Assembly (NCBI GenBank): GCA_045588915.1
Contig: JAZNFA010000007.1
Location: forward strand, 1,851-65,850
DNA from: Clostridia bacterium
Lineage (GTDB): Bacteria > Bacillota > Clostridia > Christensenellales > UBA1242
DNA length: 64,000 nucleotides
Direction: 5' to 3'
Shown: piece by piece, positions 36,899 through 47,772 of the stretch
Numbering within the stretch: position 1 is the first letter of the stretch
How the letters are laid out: every line of letters begins with the position of its first letter
Position numbers and translations under genes: made by a program
Notes under the pieces: model-generated
What the model saw: the letters and a program-made list of their open reading frames with translations, nothing else
Databases searched by the model: none
What the model was told of the DNA's origin: nothing

Positions 36899-37927
36899 AT
36901 GCGAACTATTGTTTTAACTGGTGGTGGAACAGCAGGTCATGTTTTGCCGAATATTGCTTTGTTGCCTTATCTTAAAAAATATTTTGACAGAATAGTTTAT
37001 ATTGGTGGCAATGGAGTTGAAAAAACAATTGCAGAACAAAATTGTTTACAGTATCGTGAAATTACAACAGTAAAGTTGCGACGTGCTTTTACATTGAAAA
37101 ATTTACAAATTCCTTTTAAGTTGATAAAAGGGATTCGTGAAGCGAAAAAACATTTAAAAGAACTAAAACCAACAGTAGTTTTTTCAAAAGGTGGTTTTGT
37201 TGCTTTGCCTGTGGTTTTTGCTGCGTATAGTTTGAGTATCAAGGTAGTGGCACACGAAAGTGATATGTCGCTGGGGTTAGCTAATCGTTTATCGGCAAAA
37301 AAATGTGCAAAAATTTGCACAACATTTCCTTTGGATTGTAAAAAGTATCCACAAGTGGTTCATACTGGTGCTATCATTAGGAAAAGTATTTACCATGGTG
37401 ATGCAAGCAAGGTTATGTTATCTAATCACGCAAAACCGAATTTATTGGTAATGGGTGGCAGTTTGGGCGCAACTGCAATCAATGAAATTATCTGGAAGTC
37501 ATTAAATCAGTTATGTGAAAAATGGAATGTTTTACACATTACGGGAAAAAATAAAAATAATCCACAATATCAAAATGTGGATTATTTACAAGTAGAATAT
37601 TTAGACACACCACAAGATGCTTTTGCTTGGGCTGATGTCGTTTTAACTCGTGCAGGTTCAGGTGCGGTTTCAGAATTGTTGGCTTTGAAAAAGCCTGCGT
37701 TGTATGTTCCTTTGCCTAAAACCGAAAGCCGTGGCGACCAAATCCAGAATGCTGAATTTTTACAAAAATTAGGTGTCTGTCAAGTTTTATCACAACAGCA
37801 ATTAAGCACAAATACGTTATTAGAAAGATTGGATTATCTATATAAATATCGTAGTCAGTATATCTCTAATTGCAGTAAGCAAAATTGGATTGATGGAACA
37901 GCTAAAATTATAGATTACTTAAAATGA
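36899..37927 (+). CDS. murG: Lipid II GlcNAc transferase
   Basis: TGGGTAGHV, SKGGFV, HESD...GLAN, GGSLGA, RAGS, DQ..NA. Confidence 0.95.
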   Translation: MRTIVLTGGGTAGHVLPNIALLPYLKKYFDRIVYIGGNGVEKTIAEQNCLQYREITTVKLRRAFTLKNLQIPFKLIKGIREAKKHLKELKPTVVFSKGGFVALPVVFAAYSLSIKVVAHESDMSLGLANRLSAKKCAKICTTFPLDCKKYPQVVHTGAIIRKSIYHGDASKVMLSNHAKPNLLVMGGSLGATAINEIIWKSLNQLCEKWNVLHITGKNKNNPQYQNVDYLQVEYLDTPQDAFAWADVVLTRAGSGAVSELLALKKPALYVPLPKTESRGDQIQNAEFLQKLGVCQVLSQQQLSTNTLLERLDYLYKYRSQYISNCSKQNWIDGTAKIIDYLK

Positions 37928-38552
37928 AATTCGTATCTCCGTTTTGGCTATTAGCGCTTTCGCAATCAATTTGATTGATTGAGATTTCGTAAGCTGTTCG
38001 GGTTTGGACCGTACCATCTTCTAATCTTTTTTGATATTCACGACTTTGAATTCTGCCACAGATATGAATTTGTTCGCCAACATTGATACTTTTAGCAAAT
38101 CGAGCGTTGCGTCCCCATGCAATCGCAGGTAAATAATCACTTTTGTTGCCACTACGATTGCAAGCGATTAAAAGGTCGGCTATTTCACGATTAAATGGAG
38201 TAGTACGATAAACAGGCATTTTACAAATATAACCCGTTAACTCAATAATGTTAGGATTTGCTGTGTCAACATCATCGGTAATTTCATGTACATATGTTGT
38301 TAAAATTAAACGACTTCGATTGTTTTCAATTTTGTTATAACTTCGGAACTCGCCTATAATAGCGATATTATCGCCTAATTTAACCCCATGTTGTTTGATT
38401 AAATTATTATGGATGGTAAGTGGAATTGTGTCCACTATGCCTGATAATCTTTGGACCGAAATGTCCAAATTGCAGTAATCACTACCATAGTAGTCATCAC
38501 ATGTTGTTGGATTGCTCACGACTAATCCGTAAAGGTAAACCTTGTTTTCCAT
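37908..38552 (-). CDS. ssb: Tandem double-OB single-stranded DNA-binding protein (clostridial type)
   Basis: V.RLSG..D.IP, GEFRSYN, YRTTPFNREIADL, SDYLP.IAWGRNA, GRIQSREY. Confidence 0.88.
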   Translation of the reverse strand: MENKVYLYGLVVSNPTTCDDYYGSDYCNLDISVQRLSGIVDTIPLTIHNNLIKQHGVKLGDNIAIIGEFRSYNKIENNRSRLILTTYVHEITDDVDTANPNIIELTGYICKMPVYRTTPFNREIADLLIACNRSGNKSDYLPAIAWGRNARFAKSINVGEQIHICGRIQSREYQKRLEDGTVQTRTAYEISINQIDCESANSQNGDTNFILSNL

Positions 38553-38751
38553 TTTTTTTGTTTTTCTCCTTTTTTATTTTGGTTATGGTTTTAAGCATAT
38601 TTTATGTTCTTTTGTTCGACAACTGCAAAGATTGTCGAAATTAGTCGAAATTTGTAAGTAGAATTAGAGAATATGTCGAAAACCAGTTTAATTTAGCATA
38701 AGAATTTTAAATCGGTTTACTTTACTGCCACTTTATTGTAATTTTATATTT

Positions 38752-40296
38752 GTGATTACTATCAAAAGTTTTGGTATTAGTGGAGTCAATGGGTACATTG
38801 TAGATGTCGAGGTAGATGTTACTAAGGGGTTGCCCGGGTATACTTTGGTTGGCTTACCAGATAATGCTGTTAAGGAAGGCAAAGAACGTGTTAAAAGTGC
38901 AATTTTAAATTTAGGTTATAAATTTCCTGTTGGTAATGTTGTTATTAATCTTGCGCCTGCTTCGGCAAAAAAAGAAGGTGCTGTGTATGATTTACCAATT
39001 GCCGTAGGTATTTTAGCAAATAGTCAAATTATAACGCAGTCTTTAAATGATTGGGCGTTTTTTGGTGAGTTATCTTTAAATGGTGAGTTACGTCGTACAA
39101 ATGGTGTTTTGCCAGCTTTGTTAACGGCAGTAGAAAAGAAAATCAATAATGTAATTATTCCTGCTGATAACTACAATGAAGCTTCATTTGTATCTGGTAT
39201 CAATATTTATACGGCTCGGAATTTAGCTGATGTTGTTAATCACTTTTCCTGCGTTGATGGAGTTTCGCCTTTAAAATTAGTTGAAGCTGCAAGTTTTGAT
39301 AATCTATTGGCTGATGCTAATTATCCTTGTGATATGAAATACGTACGTGGACAATTTGTGGCAAAACGAGCGTTGGAAATTGCGGCAGCAGGGGGACACA
39401 ACATTTTAATGATAGGGCCTCCAGGTAGTGGTAAAACAATGTTAGCTAAATGTTTTCAAACTATTTTACCACCAATGACTTTTAATGAAAGTATGGAAAC
39501 AACTAAAATTCACAGTTGTGCTGGCTTATTAGATTCTGAACACGGCATTGTTTTAACACGACCTTTCCGTTGCCCACATCACACAGCTTCAACAGTTTCT
39601 TTAGCTGGTGGTGGAAAAAATGCGCGACCAGGCGAAATTTCATTAGCGCATAATGGTGTTTTGTTTTTGGACGAAATGCCGGAATATAATCGTGGTTGTT
39701 TAGAATTATTACGTCAGCCATTAGAAAATTACAATATAGTTATTTCACGTGCTTCAATGACTGTTGAATATCCTGCATCGTTCGTTTTGGTCGCGAGTAT
39801 GAACCCATGTCCTTGTGGTTATTACGGTAGTCGCATAAATCGTTGTAAGTGTACTCAGTCAAAAATTCAACGCTATTTGGGTAAAATTTCCGGTCCGTTA
39901 TTAGACCGTATTGATTTACACATTGAAGTCGATCAGGTAACTTATGATGATTTATCTAATGATAAATTGTCTGAGGACAGTGCTACGATTCGTCAGCGTG
40001 TAATTAAGGCTCGAGAAATACAAAACCATCGTTTTGCAGAAATTGATATTCACAGTAACGCGACGATGGATTCAGCAATGACAAAAAAATATTGTAAGCT
40101 AAGTAGTGATTGCGAAAATATCTTAAAAGCAGCATTTGAAACATTGCATTTATCAGCACGAGCTTACACAAGGATTTTAAAGGTAGCTCGAACTATTGCA
40201 GACCTTGCTGGTTCTGAAGCAATTTTACCAGAACATTTAAGTGAAGCAATTTCTTATCGTAGTTTAGATCGTTTTAATCGAGGTATAAATGAATAA
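38752..40296 (+). CDS. comM: YifB/ComM family Mg-chelatase-like AAA+ ATPase
   Basis: VGLPD.AVKE, NLAPA...KEG, GPPGSGKTML, RPFR.PHH, NPCPCG, SGPLLDRID. Confidence 0.93.
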   Translation: MITIKSFGISGVNGYIVDVEVDVTKGLPGYTLVGLPDNAVKEGKERVKSAILNLGYKFPVGNVVINLAPASAKKEGAVYDLPIAVGILANSQIITQSLNDWAFFGELSLNGELRRTNGVLPALLTAVEKKINNVIIPADNYNEASFVSGINIYTARNLADVVNHFSCVDGVSPLKLVEAASFDNLLADANYPCDMKYVRGQFVAKRALEIAAAGGHNILMIGPPGSGKTMLAKCFQTILPPMTFNESMETTKIHSCAGLLDSEHGIVLTRPFRCPHHTASTVSLAGGGKNARPGEISLAHNGVLFLDEMPEYNRGCLELLRQPLENYNIVISRASMTVEYPASFVLVASMNPCPCGYYGSRINRCKCTQSKIQRYLGKISGPLLDRIDLHIEVDQVTYDDLSNDKLSEDSATIRQRVIKAREIQNHRFAEIDIHSNATMDSAMTKKYCKLSSDCENILKAAFETLHLSARAYTRILKVARTIADLAGSEAILPEHLSEAISYRSLDRFNRGINE

Positions 40297-41146
40297 TGAT
40301 ATTCAGATTATTTATAAAGATGATATGAAATATCCACGTGCTTTGTTGGATTTAAAGGACCCACCCAAACAATTATATGTTAAAGGTAATCTTGAATTGT
40401 TAAATCGTCCTTTGGTTTCAATAGTTGGAACACGCGATTGTACACGTTACGGTTTGATGGTGGCGAAAGATTTAGCAACTCAGTGTGTTAAGGCAGGGTT
40501 TGTTGTAGTGTCTGGTTTAGCAGAAGGTATAGATACAGCCGCGCATCAAGGTGCTAAAGATGCAACGATTGCTGTTTTAGGAAATGGAATTGAAGTATAT
40601 TATCCGACAGTAAACAAAGATTTACAAGATGAAATTGGAATAAATGGTCTGTTGATTTCTGAGTATCCACCAAATCTACATGGAAGTAAAACAACTTTTC
40701 CACAACGTAATCGGATTGTTGCAGCGTTATCGCAGGTTGTTGTTGCAGTAGAAGCAGATTTACACAGTGGCACGTTGATTACTTTAAAAATGGCAAAATC
40801 ATTGCAGCGTGACATATATGCTGTTCCTGGAAATGTCAATTGTTATGCGAGTCAAGGAACGAATAATTTAATTGCCAAAAAGGAAGCAAAGATAATTACC
40901 AGTATAGAAGATTTTATAAAAGAGATTTCAGGAAGAAGTGTTATTAATCAAAAGATGTTACAAAACAAACAGATTAGTTTGGAACAACAAAACATTTTAA
41001 ATATTTTAAAGACTGATGAAGTTCATTTTGATGATATTGTCACCGAAAGTGGTTTATCAGTAGCGCAGTTGTCAACACTCTTGACAAATATGGAAATGAT
41101 TGGTTTAATAGAGAAATTACCAGGCAATTATTTCGTTGCTCAGTAA
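40289..41146 (+). CDS. dprA: DNA-processing protein DprA
   Basis: SIVGTR, VSGLA.GID..AH, FPQRNRIV, SGTL.T, AVPG, C-terminal winged helix. Confidence 0.95.
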   Translation: MNNDIQIIYKDDMKYPRALLDLKDPPKQLYVKGNLELLNRPLVSIVGTRDCTRYGLMVAKDLATQCVKAGFVVVSGLAEGIDTAAHQGAKDATIAVLGNGIEVYYPTVNKDLQDEIGINGLLISEYPPNLHGSKTTFPQRNRIVAALSQVVVAVEADLHSGTLITLKMAKSLQRDIYAVPGNVNCYASQGTNNLIAKKEAKIITSIEDFIKEISGRSVINQKMLQNKQISLEQQNILNILKTDEVHFDDIVTESGLSVAQLSTLLTNMEMIGLIEKLPGNYFVAQ

Positions 41147-41161
41147 AACGGTAGGAGGTTC

Positions 41162-43231
41162 ATGAAACTTGTAATTATTGAGGGTATCGGTAAAAAAGAT
41201 ACTATTAAAAAATATTTAGGTAGTGGTTATCAGGTGATGGCAACTGGTGGGCATTTTCGTGATTTAAAAAAACGTGACTTATCGGTTGATGTTGAAAAGG
41301 GTTACAAACCACAATATGTAATTTCATCAGATAAAAAAGATGTCGTTAAAGCTTTGAAAGAAGCAGCAGCAAAAGCTGAAGAGGTTTTAATCGCAACCGA
41401 CCCGGATCGCGAAGGTGAAGCTATCGCTTATCATTTAACATATATATTAGATATTGATCCAACGCAGGCAAAACGAATTGAGTTTAATGAAATTACCAAA
41501 CATGCTATTCATCAAGCGTTGACCAAACCACGTTCAATTGATATGAACTTGGTTTATGCGCAACAAACTCGTCGAGTTTTGGACCGTTTAGTGGGTTATA
41601 AATTATCACCAGTTTTGTCAAAAAAAATCAAGTCAGGTTTGTCAGCTGGTCGTGTGCAAAGTGTAACTTTAAAGTTAGTTGTTGAACGTGAACGTGAAAT
41701 TCAAAACTTTAAGCCAGAAGAGTATTGGGATTTTTGGTCTCATTTAGAAAAGGATAAACTTAAATTCCGTACTTCACTTTATTACGGACCAGATGGTAAA
41801 CGTTTGAAACCAGCAAGCGAGAGTCAAGTAAATCAAATCGTTGCCGACTTAAAAGATGCAAAATATGTTGCAAAAGATGTAAAAAAATCAGTAACAAAGC
41901 GTCATGCGCCTGCGCCATTTACAACCAGTTCAATGCAGCAGGATGCTGGTGCTAAATTAGGTTTATCATTAAAACGTACCACAATGGCTGCTCAAGCGCT
42001 TTATCAAGGTATTCAAATGGGTGAACGTGGTATGATGGCTTTAGTAACTTATATTCGTACCGATAGTGTTCGTGTTTCTGCTGAGGCTCAAACAGCGGCA
42101 AAGGAATACATTACCCAGAAGTATGGTGCAAATTTTGTTCCGGAAACTCCAAATGTTTATAAAACAAAAAAATCGGCACAAGATGCCCATGAGGCGATTA
42201 GACCAACGCATTTAGATATTACACCAGATGAAGCTGATAAGTATTGTAAGCCAGATGAAGCGAAATTATATCGTTTGATTTATAATCGTTTTATAGCTTC
42301 TCAAATGGCAGAAGCAACTTTCAATAGTGTACGAGTTGACGTTGATGCAAATAATTATATTTTCCGTGTTACTGGTCGTACGCCGTTATTTGATGGTTGG
42401 TTAGCTGTATACAGTGGTAGCAAGACCAAAGAAGAACCAGAAAAAGAAGGTGAAGATGATGCTGGGGAAAATGCTGGAGTATTACCAAACATTGAAATTG
42501 GCGATTGTTTGAATTTTGTTAAATTAGAATATGCGCAAAAATTTACGCAACCACCAGCACGTTACACCGAAGCAACTTTGGTTAAAGTAATGGAAGAAAA
42601 AGGAATTGGACGTCCGGCAACTTATACACCAACGGTGGCAACTTTGTTCGCGCGTTTCTATATTGAAAAGGAAGGTAAGGCTTTAAAACCAACTGAGTTA
42701 GGTTGTGTTGTTGTTGATTGGCTAATCAAATATTTCCCAGAAATTATGAATACGGGCTTTACTGCCGATATGGAAGATAAATTGGATGATATTGCTTCAG
42801 ATGGTATTGATTGGGTTGGTGTTGTCGATAATTTTTATAAACCCTTTATTAAGGTTGTTGATGAAGTTCGTGCTAATGATGGTGCAGAAAATCGTATTAA
42901 ACCAGTCGAAAGTGATGAAATGTGTCCAAAGTGTGGAAAAGTAATGTTGATTCGTGAAAGTCGATTCGGTAAATTCTTGGCTTGTAGTGGTTACCCAGAA
43001 TGTAAAACAACTAAGCCTTTTGATAAACCCGTTTGTAAATGTCCAAAATGTGGTAATGATATTTACAAGCGTCGTAGTAAAAAGGGTAAGTATTTTTATG
43101 GATGTTCTGGTTATCCAAATTGTGACTTTGTTGCCTTTGATGAACCTACAGGGGAACTATGTTCAAAGTGTAAAAGTCCTTTGGTAAAAGTTAAAGATGT
43201 AGTAAAATGTAGTAATCGTAATTGTCAATAA
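41162..43231 (+). CDS. topA: DNA topoisomerase I
   Basis: ATDPDREGE, RRVLDRLVGY, SAGRVQS, TYIRTDS, QDAHEAIRP, C-terminal zinc ribbons. Confidence 0.97.
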   Translation: MKLVIIEGIGKKDTIKKYLGSGYQVMATGGHFRDLKKRDLSVDVEKGYKPQYVISSDKKDVVKALKEAAAKAEEVLIATDPDREGEAIAYHLTYILDIDPTQAKRIEFNEITKHAIHQALTKPRSIDMNLVYAQQTRRVLDRLVGYKLSPVLSKKIKSGLSAGRVQSVTLKLVVEREREIQNFKPEEYWDFWSHLEKDKLKFRTSLYYGPDGKRLKPASESQVNQIVADLKDAKYVAKDVKKSVTKRHAPAPFTTSSMQQDAGAKLGLSLKRTTMAAQALYQGIQMGERGMMALVTYIRTDSVRVSAEAQTAAKEYITQKYGANFVPETPNVYKTKKSAQDAHEAIRPTHLDITPDEADKYCKPDEAKLYRLIYNRFIASQMAEATFNSVRVDVDANNYIFRVTGRTPLFDGWLAVYSGSKTKEEPEKEGEDDAGENAGVLPNIEIGDCLNFVKLEYAQKFTQPPARYTEATLVKVMEEKGIGRPATYTPTVATLFARFYIEKEGKALKPTELGCVVVDWLIKYFPEIMNTGFTADMEDKLDDIASDGIDWVGVVDNFYKPFIKVVDEVRANDGAENRIKPVESDEMCPKCGKVMLIRESRFGKFLACSGYPECKTTKPFDKPVCKCPKCGNDIYKRRSKKGKYFYGCSGYPNCDFVAFDEPTGELCSKCKSPLVKVKDVVKCSNRNCQ

Positions 43232-43243
43232 GGAGGTTTTGAA

Positions 43244-43777
43244 ATGGAATTACGTGGTACAACGATTATTGCGGTAAAGCGTGATAACAAAACTGTGATC
43301 GCAGGTGATGGACAAGTTACTGCCGGCGAATCCGTTATAATGAAAGGTAACGCCGTAAAAGTTCGCCGTTTATATGATAGCAAAGTCGTGGTTGGTTTTG
43401 CTGGTTCGGTAGCTGATGCCTTTACTTTGTCTAACAAGTTTGAAGAAATGTTACAGAAACATTCGGGCAATTTGTTGCGTTCTGCCGTTGCTTTGGCTCA
43501 AAGCTGGCGTACTGACCGTGCTTTAGGTAAATTGCAAGCTATGATGATTGTCGCGGACAAGGAACGTTTCTTAGTGATTAGTGGTGATGGAAATGTTATT
43601 GAACCAGATGGTGGCTGTGTGGCTATTGGTAGTGGTGGAAATTATGCATTAGCTGCGGCAAAAGCTTTGCTTAACAATACTAAAATGACTGCAAAAGAAA
43701 TTGCTAAAGAAGCGATGAATGTAGCTAGTGATATCTGTATTTTCACAAATAAAAATTTAACAATCGAAGAATTATAA
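43244..43777 (+). CDS. hslV: ATP-dependent protease peptidase subunit
   Basis: [28 protein letters not shown]. Confidence 0.96.
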   Translation: MELRGTTIIAVKRDNKTVIAGDGQVTAGESVIMKGNAVKVRRLYDSKVVVGFAGSVADAFTLSNKFEEMLQKHSGNLLRSAVALAQSWRTDRALGKLQAMMIVADKERFLVISGDGNVIEPDGGCVAIGSGGNYALAAAKALLNNTKMTAKEIAKEAMNVASDICIFTNKNLTIEEL

Positions 43778-43814
43778 TTTAATATTAAATATAATTGATA
43801 AAAAAGGTATCCGA

Positions 43815-45335
43815 TTAGGATACCTTTTTGCGACGTAGTTTATCAGCTCTTTTTAGTCCACGAGAAACGGTTTTGTATTCACGAAGAAGTGCATTCTCTA
43901 ATTGTTCGATACTTAATTTTTGTTTAATCGAATTAATAAAACAAATGTAGATTGCATCCCAGAAAGTTGGAATACCAAGGTCTTCAATGACCGAATATCT
44001 TTCGTTAAAACTATCTTGAAGGTCAGTATCTTTTAAATAATCAATGATATTTGGTTCGTTATAAGCAACAGGAATTTCAAAAGGTACTCGGATGAAAATA
44101 TCTTTGAAGTTGTCATTGTTTAATATGTAGTTATTATAAACTAAGACCATAATATTGTCCCAGTCTTCGCGATTTGAAAGGTTTAAGATAAAATCTTTTT
44201 TGTATTTTTTACGGTAAAGTGGATGGAGTGTTTCGCTTACTCGAGCCAATGAAATACCATGTTCAACTGCTGTGGTAAATTCTTCATACAATTCTGAATG
44301 CGTAATAAAACGTTCAGCATCAATTAAGTAACTACAAAATTTATATAAACGTCCTTTGGTTCGAGACATACTATATTCAAACAGTCCAGTGTCTTTATTT
44401 TCGGCATATTTATTATAGGGAGCAACACCGTGTTTATCTTTGTAAATTGTACGGTCCATTAAGAAGCATGCAGCTGTTTCAATAAAATATCTTTGCAAAT
44501 AGCGTTCTAAGTTTTGTTGTGATAAGAGTTCTTTTTTTTCTTGTGCCTTTTGTTTTTTGATTGCTGCGTTCTTAGGGTTAAGTCGAATAATTGTTTGTTT
44601 GGTATCAAGTAATTTGGGGTCGATTTTAGGCATAACACGTTCGACGGGAACATAGTTTGGGTCAGTTAATGTTAGTGTGAAACTTGTATTTTCATTTTTT
44701 TGTTCCGTAATGTTTGTTGTTTGAACATCTTCGGTAATTGATGTTGCTAACTCGAAATTTTGATTGTAACTTAGGGTAGTGATTTCAGTGGGGATTTCTA
44801 GTTCGAAATTTCTTGGTTGCGTTTCACGTTGAGTTAAAAGTTCTTGGTTAGTCGTTTTTTCGATAGCTGTCGTATTATCAATTTCTTCTGTAAAAACTTC
44901 TGATAAGTCGTGTGGGTCTGCTTCAGGTAAAACAATTTCGGGTAGTTCAATTATTGTGCGTTCACGTTCGTTGTTAGTGACATCATGTAATTTTTTTACG
45001 ATTTCTTCTTGGTTTGCATAACCGTGATAGAGTGATTCTAAATCATCTTCGTTAGAAATTTTATCATTCAATAAAATATTTCTTTTGTCACTGATGATTG
45101 AAGTAATATTTGAGTGATGTGTTTTGATTGTCGTAGGAACTAAATTTAATTCGGCTTTACCATTATCAAAGAAAACTTGATAAATTAAATATGTGATTGT
45201 CGGCAATGCCAAAACCACCCCAAGAAAAAAGAAAATTGGTCTTCCTGTTGGAATACCGATGATGGATAAAACTATGCCTGTGATACAGAGTAGTATGGTT
45301 ATCCAAAGCAGGTTACGTTTGAAAAAATCGCTCAT
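43815..45335 (-). CDS. Hypothetical membrane protein (two N-terminal TMs, acidic/Thr linker, C-terminal domain)
   Basis: 506-aa ORF with GGGG RBS; no recognisable motif. Confidence 0.75.
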   Translation of the reverse strand: MSDFFKRNLLWITILLCITGIVLSIIGIPTGRPIFFFLGVVLALPTITYLIYQVFFDNGKAELNLVPTTIKTHHSNITSIISDKRNILLNDKISNEDDLESLYHGYANQEEIVKKLHDVTNNERERTIIELPEIVLPEADPHDLSEVFTEEIDNTTAIEKTTNQELLTQRETQPRNFELEIPTEITTLSYNQNFELATSITEDVQTTNITEQKNENTSFTLTLTDPNYVPVERVMPKIDPKLLDTKQTIIRLNPKNAAIKKQKAQEKKELLSQQNLERYLQRYFIETAACFLMDRTIYKDKHGVAPYNKYAENKDTGLFEYSMSRTKGRLYKFCSYLIDAERFITHSELYEEFTTAVEHGISLARVSETLHPLYRKKYKKDFILNLSNREDWDNIMVLVYNNYILNNDNFKDIFIRVPFEIPVAYNEPNIIDYLKDTDLQDSFNERYSVIEDLGIPTFWDAIYICFINSIKQKLSIEQLENALLREYKTVSRGLKRADKLRRKKVS

Positions 45336-45432
45336 TTTTCCCCCAGTATTTATTTAATCAATTTAATAATATAATAATTGCAGAAATTTGTAAAATGTAT
45401 TACAATAATGTCATTTATAGGAGGACCAGTTT

Positions 45433-46764
45433 ATGGACATTTTTCCAAAAGATATTGTAGAACAACTTGACCGTTTCGTTGTTGGTCAAAAAGAAGCAAA
45501 ACGTGTGGTTGCAATTGCATTGCGTAATCGTTATCGTCGTTCGCAATTGCCTAAGGCTGTTGCAGATGAAATTACACCAAAAAATATTATTATGAAAGGA
45601 CCAACTGGTGTTGGTAAAACTGAAATTGCACGTCGTTTATCTAAATTAGTAGGTGCACCTTTTATTAAAGTTGAAGCAACTAAATATACGGAAGTTGGGT
45701 ATGTTGGTCGTGATGTTGAAAGTATGATTCGCGATTTGGTTGAAGTTGCGATTCGTATGACTCGAGATGCTAAATATGCTGAGGTTAGAAAAAAAGCGGA
45801 AGCTACTGTTGAAAAACGTATAGTTAATGCAATTGTTGCTGAAAAGAAAAAGAAAGTTACTGATACAGCTGAAAATTTATTGTATGAACAATCTTTAAAT
45901 GAATATCGTGAAGGAAAACTAGAAAACTTTATGATTGAATTTGATGTTGTGCGTGAAATGAAACCTATGATTGAGATGCCAATGGGAATGGGCGTTGGAA
46001 TTGAGATTGGTTCAATTTTTGATAAAGTTTCTGGAATGTTCCCAAAACAGACAAAAAAGAAGTCGATGTCTGTTAGTGCTGCGCGTGAAATGTTTATTGA
46101 AGAAGAATGTAGTAAATTAATTGATAAAGATGTTATTAACGCCGAAGGGATTGCTTTAGCTGAACAAAAAGGTATTATCTTTATTGACGAAATTGATAAA
46201 ATTGGTTCAACAGGTGGCAGTGGACACGGACCAGAAGTTAGTCGTGAAGGTGTTCAACGTGATATTTTACCTATCGTAGAAGGATGTACTGTACAAACTA
46301 AGTATGGTATGGTTAAGACTGATTATATGTTATTTATTGCTGCTGGAGCATTCCACGTAAGTAAAATTGATGATTTGATTCCAGAGTTGCAAGGTCGTTT
46401 CCCAATTCGTGTTGAATTAAATTCTTTGAATAAAGAAGATTTTTATAAAATTTTAACACAACCATCTAACGCAATCACAAAACAATATCAAGAATTGTTG
46501 GCTGTTGATAATGTTGAATTAAAATTCGAAAAAGATGCTTTAATGTTATTGGCTGAATTAGCTGAAAGTGAAAATGATACGAACGAAAACTTAGGAGCTC
46601 GTCGTCTTCATTCAATTATGGAACATTTGTTAGAAGATATCTTGTTTAATGCTGGAAGTAAGAAGTCGGCAGAAAAAGAAGTTATAATTGTTGATAAACC
46701 GTTCGTAGAAAAGAATATGAAACAACTCATTAAAAAGATTGATTTACATAAATATGTTTTATAA
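45433..46764 (+). CDS. hslU: ATP-dependent protease ATPase subunit
   Basis: GPTGVGKTEIARRL, EATKYTEVGYVGRDV, DEIDKI, GVQRDILP; own promoter TTGCAG-17-TACAAT and GGAGG RBS. Confidence 0.97.
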   Translation: MDIFPKDIVEQLDRFVVGQKEAKRVVAIALRNRYRRSQLPKAVADEITPKNIIMKGPTGVGKTEIARRLSKLVGAPFIKVEATKYTEVGYVGRDVESMIRDLVEVAIRMTRDAKYAEVRKKAEATVEKRIVNAIVAEKKKKVTDTAENLLYEQSLNEYREGKLENFMIEFDVVREMKPMIEMPMGMGVGIEIGSIFDKVSGMFPKQTKKKSMSVSAAREMFIEEECSKLIDKDVINAEGIALAEQKGIIFIDEIDKIGSTGGSGHGPEVSREGVQRDILPIVEGCTVQTKYGMVKTDYMLFIAAGAFHVSKIDDLIPELQGRFPIRVELNSLNKEDFYKILTQPSNAITKQYQELLAVDNVELKFEKDALMLLAELAESENDTNENLGARRLHSIMEHLLEDILFNAGSKKSAEKEVIIVDKPFVEKNMKQLIKKIDLHKYVL

Positions 46765-47751
46765 TTTCTTTAAAAGTTCGTTGTGAATTTTCTGCATATC
46801 TTCAATTACAGTTTTTTGTGTGGTGTTGATTTTTTGTGTGATAATTGGGCCGTTATTTTTTCTTTTGAGAATTAAGATTTGGTTATTTTTGTGTGTAACG
46901 CAAAAGAAGTTGTGTTGGCAATTACGGCAACGTGGGCTGTGAACTTCGGTAAATTTTTTGTTTGGATCAAAAGTATTATCAACACGTAACGGAACTTTGA
47001 AAGTTTCTAATAACTGAGCTACGTTTTCGTGAATAATTCCTGCGCCATTATGCGTTAAAATATCAAGTGATTGAAAATCCAAACAAGGAATTGTTTGCGT
47101 ATTATAAACGTAACTTGGGTTTGCTGTTTGAATACCATAACTATCTGTATAATTCTTGTAAATTGTTGCGTGCATCAATACAGCTAAAATTGCGCCGGTA
47201 TAATCACTGCCACCTCGTGTAAAAAGAGCTGTTTTTCCATTGTTTTGTCCATAGAAGCCACCAATAATAAAAGGTATAAATTGTTTCAGATTGTATTTCT
47301 TAATTTGTTTTTTTGTAGCTTCAAGATTTATTGTGGCGTCAGAATTGATAATTAAAATATCTTGCGCATCTATAAAATTATAATTCAAGTGTAAGGCTAA
47401 TAATTTAGCAGACAAATATTCGCCACGTGAAACTAAAAAATTATAATCGTTGTGGCTTGTCTGAATAGCATCACTCGTATTTTTTAGAATTTTTTTGAAG
47501 GTTAAATATTTAGATGGGGTTAATAATTCCAGCGCTATTTCATTAAAACGATTGATAACTGATTCGAGGTTTGCTGAGCCTTTTGTATATTGAATTAATT
47601 CATCAGTGATTTTAGTTTTATATTTACCATAAATGCCAGGTGCTGAAACTACTACAATTTGCGCCTGATGATTGTTGTTGATTATTTCGCAACAAAGTTT
47701 AATAGTTGTTGCATTCGCCATTGAAGAACCACCAAATTTGACTATTTCCAC
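46759..47751 (-). CDS. Aspartate kinase (no clear ACT domains)
   Basis: VKFGGSS, VVVSAPG, SRGEYLSA, FTRGGSDYTG; 330 aa. Confidence 0.85.
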   Translation of the reverse strand: MEIVKFGGSSMANATTIKLCCEIINNNHQAQIVVVSAPGIYGKYKTKITDELIQYTKGSANLESVINRFNEIALELLTPSKYLTFKKILKNTSDAIQTSHNDYNFLVSRGEYLSAKLLALHLNYNFIDAQDILIINSDATINLEATKKQIKKYNLKQFIPFIIGGFYGQNNGKTALFTRGGSDYTGAILAVLMHATIYKNYTDSYGIQTANPSYVYNTQTIPCLDFQSLDILTHNGAGIIHENVAQLLETFKVPLRVDNTFDPNKKFTEVHSPRCRNCQHNFFCVTHKNNQILILKRKNNGPIITQKINTTQKTVIEDMQKIHNELLKKL

Positions 47752-47772
47752 AATTATATCATATTCATAAAT

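Noticed and set aside
37908-38552. Double-OB SSB as a novelty
   Set aside because: Known clostridial SSB paralog type.
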